From: Mustelus asterias
Taxonomy: Eukaryota
Direction of reading: 5' to 3'
Length of the DNA stretch: 64,000 nucleotides
NCBI RefSeq assembly: GCF_964213995.1
Contig: NC_135805.1
Location: forward strand, 83,452,001 to 83,516,000
A program made the position numbers and the translations under genes. Of this stretch, positions 50,069 through 63,557 are shown one piece after another (positions within the stretch are counted from its first letter, which is position 1; the number at the start of each line of letters is the position of its first letter). The notes below the pieces were generated by a model. That model was not told the origin of the DNA. It searched no databases and was given only the letters and a program-made list of their open reading frames with translations.

Positions 50069-51409
50069 CTATCTACCTGGCAGTAGCACAGAAAGGGGCA
50101 CTACTCAGATTGAGTACCTGGTCCAATCTACACTGCTTCAGCTGGAACGTCTGTACCATTACCTACAAGACTGATTCATCTCTGTGTGCCTATTTCATCA
50201 GGTGAAATCAACGCTACTAGAAAAGTGAATTATATGGCATCAATTCTCAATCTGTCAACCTACATGAAGGAATGCCTTATTGGACTATGATTCTGAAACT
50301 CCTATGAAACAGTAATTCTTTTTTCTGTGGTCTATGCCATGTGAATCTTTCTTTATCCCTCTTTTACTGTATGCGTGCCACAGGGGATTTGTTGTGGTTC
50401 CCCCTACCACATGTTGAATGTATGCAAATAAATTAACCCTCTGAGTTCATCCTACCTTGAGTTTGCTGTGGGGTTATTAATAGGAAATATGCCACTGCTT
50501 ATAAAGTGGGATGAAAATTAAAAACATCTTTCTGTTTATGGATGGGTGGCTCGATGAGAAATCAAGGTTTTTTTAAATTAATGTCCGTCCTATCCGTAAT
50601 GGAGATTGCACTGAGATATTGGGTGCCTTCTGCTTCCCCTACAATGAAAGCATCATCGGATGTTGCATCATAATTGTCTCTTGCATTGTACACATGGACT
50701 GGAACGTCACTTTCACGCTGAAGAATGAGCTCTAAACTGTGAGAGATACTTGGAAGCTGGAATCCTTTATGCTCTTAGACAATGACTGGCGGCTGTCTGG
50801 CAGACCTGGGTGTGGCCCACCTTTGCTTGGTGACCCAGCACACGCAGATTTCCAACTCCATGCTAGCTCTTAAAAGTTTGGTGCTGACTTAAATAACGAA
50901 TCAAGTGGAGGAAAGGAGAGTTACTCTATTTGCCCCAGAGATTAATGATATAGAGTGCATCACAAGAGGTAACAAAGCATCTGCAGGTTGTGGCCAAATA
51001 AGTAAAAGGTTTGGAGTCATGAAGAAAGTAACTGTGATAAAGTTACTTTCCATTGCTGAAGACTAAATGGATTTTCAGAGTATGAATGCTGCTAAATGTT
51101 TCCATTTTCCCATTTACACATAGACTGCTGTGTATGCAGAAACCAAGAAATGCTGACTGTCTGTGTCCAGGTTGCAGGACACAAATGCTGGCTACAACAT
51201 TTTGACACAATGACATCTGGGGAAAATTTCACATGATAGAAACCTTGCTTGAAGATTTCATCTCTAATCACACTCCTGATCAAATCTCTTTTAAGTATCT
51301 TTGGAGGATTTTAATGCCTCATGATGGCTGAGAGTGAGTAAAGGTGGTTAAAAAGATGAGATTACCTAATGTGACCCCAGTATGTGGTCAGACACATCAT
51401 GTTGCTGTA

Positions 51410-51740
51410 GGGCGGCACGGTAGCACAGTGGTTAGCACTGCTGCTTCACAGCTCCAGGGTCCCGGGTTCGATTCCCGGCTCGGGTCACTGTCTGTGTGGA
51501 GTTTGCACATTCTCCTCGTGTCTGCGTGGGTTTCCTCCGGGTGCTCCGGTTTCCTCCCACAGTCCAAAGATGTGCGGGTTAGGTTGATTGGCCAGGTTAA
51601 AAATTGCCCCTTCGAGTCCTGGGATGTGTAGGTTAGAGGGATTAGCGGGTAAATATGTGGGGGTAGGGCCTGGGTGGGATTGTGGTCGGTGCAGACTCGA
51701 TGGGCCGAATGGCCTCCTTCTGCACTGTAGGGTTTCTATG
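51410..51740 (+). mobile_element. Full-length young HE1-type tRNA SINE
   Basis: A box TAGCACAGTGG (51421-51431), B box GGTTCGATTCC (51466-51476), central CTCCGGTTTCCTCCCACAGTCCAAAGATGTGC, CR1-like tail. Confidence 0.93.
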
Positions 51741-53764
51741 ATAATGGTGATAGTGTCCCACTCTTCAGACTTGGAACCCTCATTATAATATTTAAATCTT
51801 ACTCCCATTGTGCAAATGGGAGCCTGGGTGAAATTTAATGCTGGCCCAAGGCTCAGGAAACCCAGCAGCTAACTTACTAAAGCAACTGGATCGAGGAGAT
51901 AAGTGCCTTTTAGAATACCACTGGTGAACTGGGAAAGAGCAGGATTGTTCTCCCTGGCCCATCAAGGAAAACGTCAGCCATATTGGTCAATCATCATCCT
52001 CCCTCACTACCCACAATCCTGAGCTTTCTGCTCTACAATGATTCCCACCAGATTGCTGAACTGACCTCTCCCTTGTGCCCCATGATCTCTCCTCCTCTCC
52101 CTCCTGAAAGCTGGTCAGACCCCAGCTTCTGTCCAGGTCTCTCTTCTCTCTCTCCCTCTCTCTGTCCCAATGCCACTCTGACAAACCTTCCCACCCTGCA
52201 ATCCGGGCTCTCTCTTTCTCTCTCCAGATGCCACGGTTTCATGCCCTCCCACTCTGTAATTTTTCCAGGTTGACCATGCGGTCCTTTCATGAAGTTCAGC
52301 TTGGGAAGGCAGTCACATGGTGGAATTGTCAGAACTTTACTGACTTCAAATTTCACCATCTGCCGTAGTGGGATTGGAATTCGAGTCCCCAGAGCATTAC
52401 CCTGGGTCTCTGGATTCTAGCCCACTAACAATACCACTATGCCACCGCCACCCCTGGGGTAAAAAGAGTAAAAGAACCCAAAACGTAACAACAAATATAC
52501 TTTAAATAATAAGATTCTAAATAGAGAATGCACGGGAGTTCTCATAACAAACATAATATCTTATTCTAGCTGGGAATGCAGCTAATAAATAACATAAGAG
52601 CATCAAATGGAATCTGGGATTTATATATCAAAAAAGGCCACAAAATGATGTTGAATTTGACAAGAAATTGGTTAAACCACAAATGAAATAAGTGGAGTTC
52701 CCCAGTGCAGGGAAGGTACTTAAGCCATAGAAATTATATTGTAAAGATTTACTGGAATGTTGCCAGACAATAAATTTATAATAATGAAAAAAGCTTCAAG
52801 CATTGGAGCTATGCTCAATAAAGTAGAGAACCACAAAGATTTTGGATGAGTAAGTAAATAAAAGATCCTTTCAGTGGTTAGGTTGAAAGGCAAAGTTATG
52901 CACCAAATTGCAAGCAACGTCAAAATGTTTGAAATTAGTAATATACTTAGTGTATATGTATACAAAATTAGCTTGAAAAAGAAATTGAGTTGGTACTGTA
53001 AGTTTGTTTCATTGGAAATTGCCTAAGGTCTCATTGCCATGGAAACAAAGCTAGTGGAATGATTCATCTTAGATGATGACAATGATGACAGCTGCAGTTA
53101 GCATACAGACAAGGGATAGTGGGATCATTATTTTTAGGTAATGTTGTCTAGCTTAAACAAAGGGCCATAGTTTGATAAGTGCATATATAGATAACCATAG
53201 TACAACGCTGCGTTAGATTATTCATTTAACTTTGCTTTGTGAAGATGTTTGCTGATGTACATGAATTAATCAGTGTGTGGAAGTAGAATAGAAGTTACCT
53301 TGGTGAAAAACACCCATGGTTCAAAATCTTGATAGAGACAAAAACAGCTAAATTGACTGCACATTATCAACGGGTCTTACAAACAGTCTTAGACATAAAC
53401 AATCAATCATGGAATAGATACAAATAATGAAACTTTTGGGAGTTAGTTTGAGGCTGGAGATGGAATGTTACTGGAAGGACAAAACTGCAAGGAGAACAGC
53501 TTGAGATGTGATAAGGAAAACATGAGGTGATGTGTGAAAGTTCATGAAGCTAATGGCAGGTGAATCGTTCTAAAGGTGGGATTTTCAACCCAAGGTTTGG
53601 ACAGAGAACTGAAAAGTTTTATAGAGTCATTTGAAATAAAGTAAATCTTTGTAGGAGAAACAGTATTGTCAACAATCCATGCAGGTCTATCCCTGAAAAC
53701 GGTACAAAATAAGAGGCTTGGGGCAAGCTCAGTGCTGGAAGGGGTGGAAAGGAATTCTCAAGGA

Positions 53765-54020
53765 AGACATTTATTGCCCATCCCTGAGGACATTTAGGAG
53801 TCAACCACATTGCCGTGTGTCTGGAGTCACATGGGCATTCGTGAACCAGATAAGTTTTATACCAATCGACAATGGTTTCATGGTCATAATTAGATTTTTA
53901 ATTCCAGATTTTTATTGAATTCAAATTTCCCCACGTGCCATGATGGAATTCGAACCTGGATCCCCAGAGCATTACCCTGGGTCTCTGGATTACCAGTCCA
54001 GAGGTGTCACTGCCACCCCA
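53765..54020 (-). mobile_element. tRNA SINE (family of 59930); a 5' fragment also lies at 52285-52455
   Basis: Reverse-complement similarity to 59930-60288. Confidence 0.75.
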
Positions 54021-56019
54021 ATTAGGTAATGATAACTCTTAAATTTCTATCCAGCATCAAAAGATAGAACAAAAATATTTCTCCTCTATTGTCAGGCTTT
54101 TGTTTCTCTCCCAATGCATTCAGGCCCCTATCTGATTTAATGTAGATTATTGCCATTTATCCAAATGCTATTAATTCCTGATTTACACCACAGTTTACTA
54201 ATCTAAATTCAAAATTTTGGTAGGCTCAAACCCAACCTTACAAGTTCAAGGATGACCCACTTCACAACATACATGGCTGACTTTAAAATGTTTTTCCAGT
54301 ACTAGTTAGGGTGTCTAAACTTGTAAAAGGTTTATAAAAGACATTTTAGAAAACAGATGGGATTGGTTGGATGGAATGTAATCAATATTAAGACCTTAAT
54401 CCCAAAACCAACCCGCCTCAACCCCAGACACTTTCACGTTTCAGGTCTGGGCAAATACTCCAGGGTGGAAGAATATCACATTATCCAGTGGTCATGGAAA
54501 CTGGGCATTAGAGATGTACCTGCCTGTCCCTTGTAAGTGAGGTGGCCTCCCACAGTCATCACAAACAGCAGAAGATACATACACTAAAGATTAAGATATA
54601 ATAAACAAAATATCTTCTGTATATCCTTGGCTACACAAAGATGGCGCTTGGACGGCCCCCTTTGTGAATCTTGGCTGTAGATATCTTTAGCAACTTGTTA
54701 ATTTCAGTTATGTTCAGGCAGCTTTTAATCTGTGTGCTTTATCATTATTGCTGAGGTCCCTATATCAGAGGTTACAGTTGTGATTTGGATGCATTGTTTT
54801 TCCCAGTTGCACACATTACATGTTTTGTAAATAGTCCTTTCACTATATTTTATAATACTCAGGGTGTGTTCATATGTGTATGTGTGTTGAAGAGCTTACG
54901 ATGCTAGGACTTAGAATTTTATTTGCTTAATAAGTAAATACAGAGGACCAAAGTAAGTGATTTTTAACACTTGCTAGTCTGTAATGTCACGCTATGACTT
55001 TCAGGAAAAACAATTTTAAAAAAAGTTATAGTGAAGAGATTGAGAGACCAAAAGTCAGTTTCATAGTGGAGTAATCAATCAACTGACAATATCAGATATT
55101 AGTTGGAAACATGTCACACTTGATCCAGTTAAAATTCAATAAGAACCAAAAAGGCATTTTTGAAATGTCATGCACTCTTGAATCTTGTAGTGCTGCAACC
55201 TTCGCACAAATGCCAATCTTGTGACCTTTCAGCTGAAACACATAGATTAGTCAGTCTTAGTGTAGTACAGTCCATTGATGATAGACATTATTAGTGTCTG
55301 GAAAACATTGCTCAGAAGTCAGTCAGCATGCTATCCAGACTGATAGGAATTTCAACTCGACATGGCTCAGATTAGCACGATAATCAAAGGAGAGTATTGC
55401 CAAAAAAAAACCTCTCTCCATAATTTCAAAAATGTTCGGAGTTTCAGGTGACTTTCTGAGGGGAACAGCTTTGACGATATTTATTGCATCATTGTGTAAC
55501 TAAAATACAAATAAAAATTAAACTGTGATGGATGGCAACAGCAATGCGGGCTCATGCTCTATGGTTACCTTTCTATTTAGAATCTTCCAGGTTCATTTCT
55601 CATGAGCTTTACTGATGTACATGATACACACAGATACTGGACCAAACCAAGATCGGGATGTTGTAACTGGAGGATGTGTCTGATTATGGTCAACCTGTTA
55701 TTAGAGAAAACTGTACAATTAAGAACAACACTGATGGGGCACACAACCTAGAACAGCCACTCAGTTTGCCAAATGGGCTGTTGGCTGGTATAGTGGGGAT
55801 ATGTTTAGGGTTGCATTCTCCCCCTCTTGGTAAGGTAGCAGCGGGTGTATTGGGATGGGAGGATATGGTCCATGTAAAGCATCCTTTGGGCCATTCACTG
55901 AGAGCTTTGCCAGCTGGACCTGCTAGTGGCCAATGCCACTCCTGTACTTTTTCCTCCTTGCGTAATATCGTCCTGCTCTTGCTGCACTACTTTGTGTCAG
56001 TTGGTGGTAAGGGATAATC

Positions 56020-56240
56020 CCTCATGATAACAAAACTTTGGAGCATGCAACAAACATCATTGACTCTGGATACCTACTCAGGAATGTATTGCAAAGCTTC
56101 TCCCAAATAGTCCAGGCAGTGTAAGCATTGCTTGAACACATCAACTGTTTGTTCAGTGATGTTTCTGGTGTATATCAGCTCTGCCTGCGTTCCAGAGGGG
56201 TGTAATAAGCTAAGTCTGAAAGCCTGTGTCAACTTGGTTG
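56020..56240 (-). pseudogene. Harbinger (HARBI1-like) nuclease C-terminal relic
   Basis: EQTVDVFKQCLHCLDYLGEALQYIPE*VSRVNDVCCML resembles the HARBI1-type E.T.G.LK.RF.CLD..GG.LQY.P..V..I...CC.LHN pattern. Confidence 0.7.
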
Positions 56241-56599
56241 TGCTTTCTTCCAACAGAACTTTGAAATTGTCATAATTGAAGGGGTATAATATTTTATTCT
56301 TTAATACATCAGAAGTACACACTTAACATGGAACAATAACCATGTAAGAAGTGCAACTCTTATAATTTCCACTGAATTGAGTCCACCAATAATTGTTGAC
56401 CTTCAGATACAAAAACTTTCTAAAAGGACAGGCAAGATCTTGTGCAGTCCAGACCAGCAATGTTGGATGCTGTGTTGCCTCCCAGCTGTGCGAATAAGGG
56501 ACATATTGAATAGACTGGAAAAGTTGAGCAAAGTGAAGGAGAACAACCAGTCACCGTAATCCTGGTGTCTGCCAGTAATATAGGTGGAGGTGGAATGTA

Positions 56600-58285
56600 G
56601 TTCAGCAAGAAGAAGGTAGGAGATAATGAAGTAGGTTTGGGCAGACTTGGCTAGAGTGGACTGGGAAAGTAGTTTAGCGGAAAAGGCAGTTGATTAGCAA
56701 TGGCAGACGTTTATGAAAACAACAATATAGACAGTGAGGAAGAAGGATACTAGGAAAGGGATAAATCAACCATAGTTAACCAGGGAAGTTAAGGACAGTA
56801 TTAAACTGAAAGAAAAAACATACAATGTGGCAAAGATTAATGCTAAGCCAGAGGATTGGAAAGTTTTAAAAAACTAACAAAAGACGACCAGGGAAAATAA
56901 ACTGAGGGTAAACTGACAAGTAATATAAAAATGGACAGCAGGAGCATCTTTAAATATATAAAAAGGAAGAGAGAGGCCAAAGTGAACATAGGTCCCTTAG
57001 GGAATGAGACTTGGGTTGATTGGCCATGCTGAGGAGTTAAATAAATACTTTGCGTCAGTCTTCAGGGCAGAAGACACTAATAATCATGGGGAAAAAGGAG
57101 GGGAGGTAGGAAGTAAATACAATAACTATCACTAGAGAAAATATACTAGGGAAACTAATGGGACTAAAGGCCGATAAGTCCCCTGGACCTGATTGGTTGT
57201 ATCCCAGGATAGTAAAGGAAGTAGCTACAGAGAGAGTGGATTTCCAAAAATCTTTAAATTCTGGAAAAGTCCCAGAGGATTAGAATACTGCCAATGTAAT
57301 ACCCTTACTCAAAAAAGTAACCATAATAAATAAAAACAAAAAGCTGGTAATTATAGGCCAATTAGCTTAACATCTGTCATTGGGAAAATGTTAGATTCCA
57401 TTATAAAGGATGTAATAGCAGAACATTTAGAAACACATAGCGTGGAATTTTCCAGCCACGCTGTGAGTGGGTAAAACCTTGGCAGATGGAATATAATGTA
57501 AGTAAATGGAAGTTATGCACTTTAGTAGGAAGAACAAAGGAACTGAATATCATTTAAATGGAGAAAGACTGCAGAAAGCTGCAACACAGTGATTTGGGGG
57601 TCCTCATGAATAAATTACAAAAAGCTAGCATGCAAGTTAGCAGCTAATAGGGAAGGTAAATGGAATGTTGGCCTTTATTTCAAGGGAAAGGAGTATAAAA
57701 ATAGGGAAGTCTTGCTAAAACTATACAAGGCACTAGTTAGACCACACCTGGAATACTGTGAGCAGTTTTGGTTCACTTTTCTAAAGAAAGATATACTGGT
57801 TTTGGAGGCAGTCCAGAAAAGGTTCTCTAGGTTAATCCTGGGTATGGACGGATTTTCTTATGAGGAAAGGTTGAGTAGGTTGGGCCTGTACTCATGGGAG
57901 TTTAGAAGAATGAGCGGCGACCTTATAGAGAAATATCAGATTCTCAGGGAGCTTGACGCTGAGAGGATGTTTCCCCTTGTGAGAAAATCTAGCACCAGAG
58001 AGCATAATGTCAGGATAAGGAGTAATGCATTTAAGACAGAGATGAGGAGGAATTTCTTCTCTCTGAGGGTAGTGAATCTATGGAATTCTTTATCGAAGAA
58101 GTTGGGTTGTTAAGTATGTTCAAGGCTGAGATGGACAGGTTTGTAATCAGTAAGGGATTCAAGGGTTATGGGGACAAGACAGGAAAGTGGAGTTAAGGTT
58201 TATATCAGATCAGTCATGATTTCATTGAATGGCGGAGCAGACCCGTTGGGCTGAATGGCCTACTTTTGCTCCGAAGTCTTATGAT
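56600..58285 (+). mobile_element. Degenerate CR1 LINE with internal deletion
   Basis: KSPGPD, NYRPISLTSVIGKML, then LYKALVRPHLEYCEQFW...LRVVNLWNSL and the 3' UTR. Confidence 0.9.
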
Positions 58286-58311
58286 CCAACATAATAGGTG
58301 GGTGGTAGTCT

Positions 58312-58541
58312 CAGTGGGATTTTCCTGCCCTTCTTATTGGCAGGATCTTGTGGTCCTGCCGAAGGCAAACCCCCCGCCCCCCGCCCCCCCCGCCGCCCCC
58401 CCCGCCCCCCCCGCCCCCCCCCGCCCCCCCCACCGCACTGGGTTCCCCGGTGGTGGGACGGGTGAATCACGCAAACACCATAGACATCAGAGGGACCAGG
58501 ATATCCCGCCAGCAGGCGGTGGAGAGCAGAAAATCCTGCCG
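58312..58541. mobile_element. Harbinger-type MITE
   Basis: TIRs CAGTGGGATTTTC / GAAAATCCTGCCG; 3-bp TSD TCT. Confidence 0.7.
58370..58431 (+). repeat. C-rich (CnG) minisatellite inside the MITE
   Basis: About 60 bp of C runs separated by single G. Confidence 0.85.
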
Positions 58542-59224
58542 TCTGGATCACATTCCTAGCCATATGTGTGAATAGGGAGGGCCAGGAAGATTGGGGAAAA
58601 TCAATGCTTGGTTAGAAGAGGAATTCCAATTGTTAGGACATTAACACCAGATGGGAGTTATTCTGTAGGGTAAACTGTGTCTGAACAGAGTTAATGTATT
58701 GACAAACTGTTCCTTATCTGAAAAACGATGGGGAGGGAAACATAATAAATAAAAACAAAACAATCAGTGCATAGAGAGGGGACAAATAATTAAGGATAAC
58801 ATTCATGTGTTTAGCAATTTTGCAAGAGGAATGTGTAATAGAGGAATGCAATCAATTTGATTAGTTAAAAACAGGAAAAGAATGAAGTGAAGGTTGGGCC
58901 TAGTTTAGACAAAAACATGGGAAAAAGAATATTTTTTTAAAGCAGAAAAATAAATAGAACATGTGTATTGCAAGGCTTTGAGTGTGAGAAATATACTGGG
59001 GTTGCTGCAAGCAATTATTTTACAGGAAGATCTAGATTTAGTAACATTAACAGAAACCTGGCTGCAAACTGGACGAGAGTGGAAAATAAACCTGTCAGGA
59101 TTTAACAGAAAAGAACAGAAAGGAAATGGAGTATCCAAACCTTTGGAGTTGGCAGGACAAGTTAATGAAGCTGTTTTAAAGGTATTCTTGGCATTATAAA
59201 TGGAGTAATATAAATGGAAAACAA

Positions 59225-59350
59225 TTGACGAAGCAGCAGCGCTCCGAAAGCTAGTGGCGTTTGCTACCAAATAAACCTGTTGGACTTTAACCTGGTGTTG
59301 TTAAACTCCTTACTGTGTTTACCCCAGTTCAATGCCGGCATTTCCACATC
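59225..59350 (+). mobile_element. Solo PLE family A pLTR inserted in an old CR1
   Basis: TTGACGA-AGCAGCAGCGCTCC-GAAAGCTA-GTG...CCCCAGTTCAATGCCGGCATTTCCACATC; flanking duplication ATAAATGGAG. Confidence 0.85.
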
Positions 59351-59495
59351 ATAATAAATGGAGGCATAGAGTACAAAAGCAGGAGATTTACACTAAACCT
59401 TTATAAAACATTGGTTAAGCCCCAGCTGGAGGATTGTGGCCAGTTCTGGACACCAAACTTTAAGAAGGATATCAAGGCATTGGAGAAGGTGCAGA

Positions 59496-59842
59496 ATCAT
59501 AGAAATCATAGAAACCCTACAGTGCAGAAAGAGGCCATTTGGCCCATCGAGTCTGCACCGACCACAATCCCACCCAGGCCCTACCCCCATAGCCCCACAC
59601 ATTTTACCCACTAACCCCTCTAACCTACACATCTCAGGACACTAAGGGGCAATTTTAGCATGGCCAGTCAACCTAACCCACACATCTTTGGACTGTGGGA
59701 GGAAACCGGAGCACCCGGAGGAAACCCACGCAGACACGAGGAGAATGTGCAAACTCCACACATACAGTGACCCAAGCCAGGAATCGAACCCAGGTCCCTG
59801 GAGCTGTGAAGCAGCAGTGCTAACCACTGTGCTACCGTGCCG
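59496..59842 (-). mobile_element. Full-length HE1-type SINE inserted in an old CR1 (~59130-59910)
   Basis: Near-identical reverse complement of the 51410 copy. Confidence 0.93.
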
Positions 59843-59929
59843 AAGAGACTTACCAGAATTATACTGAGGATGTGAAGCAACTGACAATGCTGCGATTGTT
59901 CTCCTTAGAAAAGGGATTTTTAGGCTTTA

Positions 59930-60288
59930 GGAGAGGCGATGCCCGAGTGGTATTATCGCTAAACTATTAATCCAGAAACTCAGCTAATGTTCTGGGGACC
60001 CGAGTTTGAATCCTGCCGGGGCAAATGGTGGAATTTGAATTCAATTTAAAAAAATCTGGAATTAACAATCTACTGATGGCCACGAAACCATTGTTGATTG
60101 TCAGAAAAAAACATCTGATTCACTATTGTCCTTTAGGGAAGGAAATCTGCCGTCCTTACCTGGTTTGACCTGCATGTGACTCCAGAGCCACAGCAATGTG
60201 GTAGACTCTCAACTGCCCTCGGGCAACTACGGATGGGCAATAAATTCTGTCCAGCCAGCAACGCCCATGTCCCATGGATGAAGAAAAA
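59930..60288 (+). mobile_element. Full-length tRNA-derived SINE (second family)
   Basis: A-box-like TGCCCGAGTGG, B-box-like GAGTTTGAATCC, tail GGATGGGCAATAAATTCTG...CCCATGTCCCATGGATGAA; several copies in the window. Confidence 0.8.
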
Positions 60289-61944
60289 CAGGCTGGCATG
60301 TAATAGAGCTGCTCAAAATTATGAGGGGTAAACAGGAGGACATTTTCCATTCATCGGTGCATTAGTAACCAGAGAATACAGATTTAACATAATTAGCAAA
60401 GTAACCAGAGGCAAGATGAGAATTTTTCTAATGAAGTGATTTCTTATCATCTGGAATGCACAGCTTAAAATGGTGGTGGAAGTAGATTGAATAATAACTT
60501 TCAAAAGACAATTTTTATACATATATATACACACAAAGGAAAAATCAGCGCTATGAAGCAGGAATGGAAAGATTGGCATTGTCTTAGTGGGCCAGTGGTG
60601 TCCTTCCATGCAGTTTGATTCTGTGAGTAGGAATATTGATTGAAGAGGGAAGGCATGCTTTAGAGAGGGAAGGTGTATAGATGGATTTCATATAGTTGGA
60701 GCTCAAAATGCAAACTAAAATGGCTACTGACCTCCAAATTAGACAATGGAATATAATTTGGTGTCAGATTATAGAAATGAGTAAATATAACAAAATCATT
60801 GCCCTGAGAAATTTTAATTATTTACATATTGATTGACGCATAAGTGTCAATAAATGGATAAAGAGAAATGGAATTCCTGTAATGTGTACAGGATTCTTTC
60901 CTCAGGCAGTAGGTCAACAAGGGTAGGGACATTGCTAGATCTTTTATAAGTAGCAAGGGTGGAAGAGCTAAATGTAGGGTCTTCTGTTGTAAATTAAAAG
61001 AGCACCTTGGAAACTATGATACTAATTAGGTTTAAAATGCAATTACAAAGAGAAAATGTTAGAAAAACAAGACCAGACTAGCTTCAGCCAGATTTAAGAA
61101 AGAGGTAAATTGATCCAGTATGGAGAAGAACACAGGGTACACAGGGCTGGAGGTTTAGGGAGGGAATAGAATCGCTTGGGTTCAGACAGCTGATGATGTG
61201 GCTGCGGTTCTTACATCACACATCCTATTATTCATCTATATTTTATTGGCCGCACTTCAGAAGCATAACATGAGACTTCAGTTTGAATTTACATATTTGT
61301 TTGGTGGCAATAAATCCCCTCTCATTGCCATTAAATAGACTGGAAATTACTTTGTTGCATCAGCATTGACTGAAAATAAAATCTAGACGCAAGTATAATA
61401 AATGGTTCCATGCAAATAATAAGAGATTTTGTCATAACTTATTATTAAGTTACCGCCATATAACACCTATTAAGGTCTACTTCTAGCTAACAAGCAAGAA
61501 ATGCATAAGTTTCTTTTATTCCCAGTTATATGTCAGAAAATAGTTTGCTTATAATTACATAAGAGTCTGAGTTTTTAATGTTGTTGATATGGGTCTAGTA
61601 AATCATAAATAGCTGGCATCGCATGAGCAAAATTATTTACTTTGTGTAATTTACAACAGAAGTTGACTGATTGTTGTAAGAAAGATTGTTTCATTTGTTA
61701 CTAAAATGACTGCTAAATGAAACTATTGTTACTCACCAATATCCTATGTTGGTTTAAAAAACGAGTGTTAAATGCATCCTTCTTAGAGGCATATAATTTT
61801 TATAGTATAAATGGTAAAAGTATTTAATCCATTATATGTCTAAAGCTAGTATTAACATTTGGGAATACAAATGTTCAAAAACATGCACTAAGCCGAACCT
61901 TAATGCTGCAGGGGACCCTGAATGGATTTTGTTCAGAATAAGAG

Positions 61945-63145
61945 ATGAGCACTTCTGAATCACAAGGCCCCTAGTTCAAGTCCCACTGCAGGATATGAAC
62001 ATATTATAAACCAAAGCAATACCTAGGGAGATCAGTGTCGTAGAAGGGTCTGGCACATATTAGGTTAATGTGGGACTGAGTACAGTGTCGCCCACACAGT
62101 CATGTAAGAGAACACATGACAAGCACCGAGAGGTCAGTTGAATGTTGAATAGAGCTGTGTGCACAAGTAAGCATGGGGATAGCTCCTAGCCTGAACGCTT
62201 TACTATATACCTGTACATGGTTCTTGTAATTATTAAATGCACACAGTTAACCTACTTAAGATTACAAAGATCTCATTAAGACCTACCACAATGGTATGCA
62301 ACACCCTTCAACCCATTGCATTGTCAGAGGTGCTGTCTTACAGATCAGACATTAAACGAGGTCTCATGTGCCTGTTCATTTAGATATAAAAGATCCCATG
62401 GGAGGGATTTTCTGTGCCCATTTTCGGTGGATGGGAAAGCCAGTGCGGGTGGAGAATCCAATAGAGTCCCCAACAGCATTTACACCAGCGGGATTTCCCG
62501 TTCAGATTGACTCACCCTGCCCCGCCGCCAGCAATGTCGGAATGGGGTTCCAGCAATGAAAGGCTGGGAATCCCATTCCCATACTTTAAGACCTACCGAA
62601 TAGTATACAAAACCCTATAGCTAATATTTGAACATCATTAGTAGACTTCCCCATTGTATTATCCCCCAGGTTAGGATTTACAACATGTCTGGATCAACAG
62701 CGACCTGGTGGACGATCCCCGCTCGGGGTACACAGGTACGTACAGCCCCCAGCACTGTTAGGGAGGCTTCCATTGGGGTGGGAAGACTGTGTTCATGGAG
62801 AGGATTCCTTTTTTAATTCTTATTTGATCAGTGCGCCTTTCCAATCCTCTCAGCAGCCGCGATTGCTCATTCAGAGCTCGCCCTGCCAGCAGGATGTTGT
62901 GGGACCGCCCCTTCTATTGTTTTTCTAAGTGTTTGGAAATACGGCGGGAAAACCCAACGAGGCAGCTGGCGGACAGCCCTCTGCTTTTCCCACCAGAGAC
63001 AACAGTAGAGAAAAAAAAAATCAAAAACTTCCACACCATGGCACGGTTCTAAAGAACAGCGGGGCAGTTATCCCCAATGTCCTGACCAATATCTATCCCT
63101 CAATCAACATCACAGAAACAGTTTATCTGGTCATTATCACCCTGT
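61945..63145 (+). mobile_element. Deu-domain SINE split by two insertions (LTR-like 62036-62290; MITE-like 62401-63035)
   Basis: Head GTTCAAGTCCCACT; Deu part GCATTGTCAGAGGTGCTGTC...AAAAGATCCCATGG; resumes at CCATGGCAC...TTATCTGGTCATTATCAC. Confidence 0.6.
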
Positions 63146-63557
63146 TAAGCACATTCATAATCAGGAAAGATGTTGGCTGAATAGAGATGTTAGCTTCTGA
63201 TGTCGACACAACTGAAGCAAAAGTGCATTGTGCCAACTCCTCTTAAAAACAAATGTAATGCTTTTAGTTTTTGCCGTTTTCCTGCCAGCTCGCTAAGACA
63301 ACATAGTGGATATAAGTTGGCAGCTGTCCGAGGTACCACACAGCAATATATTACCCATGTGAGCAATTACATTAATCCAAAAGGAGGTTTCACTTCTGTG
63401 AGAATCTCTTTGTGAATACCTTGCTCAGCATTTGTGACAGAAATTGTTTTTTGTTTTTAAAGGGGGCTCAGGTTTCTGAAAAGTTTGTTGGTTTGAAATG
63501 ATTAGTAAATATGCCTTGTTGTGCCAAGATAATGCATCAGTCCCAGCTAGAAATACT

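Noticed and set aside
51410-51480. tRNA gene (A and B boxes)
   Set aside because: It is the head of an HE1-type SINE and continues into SINE body and tail; not a stand-alone tRNA.
56074-56322. Host coding exon
   Set aside because: Matches the Harbinger nuclease C-terminus, with a stop inside the conserved motif.
58266-58575. Pro/Gly-rich ORFs
   Set aside because: Translations of the C-rich minisatellite inside a MITE.
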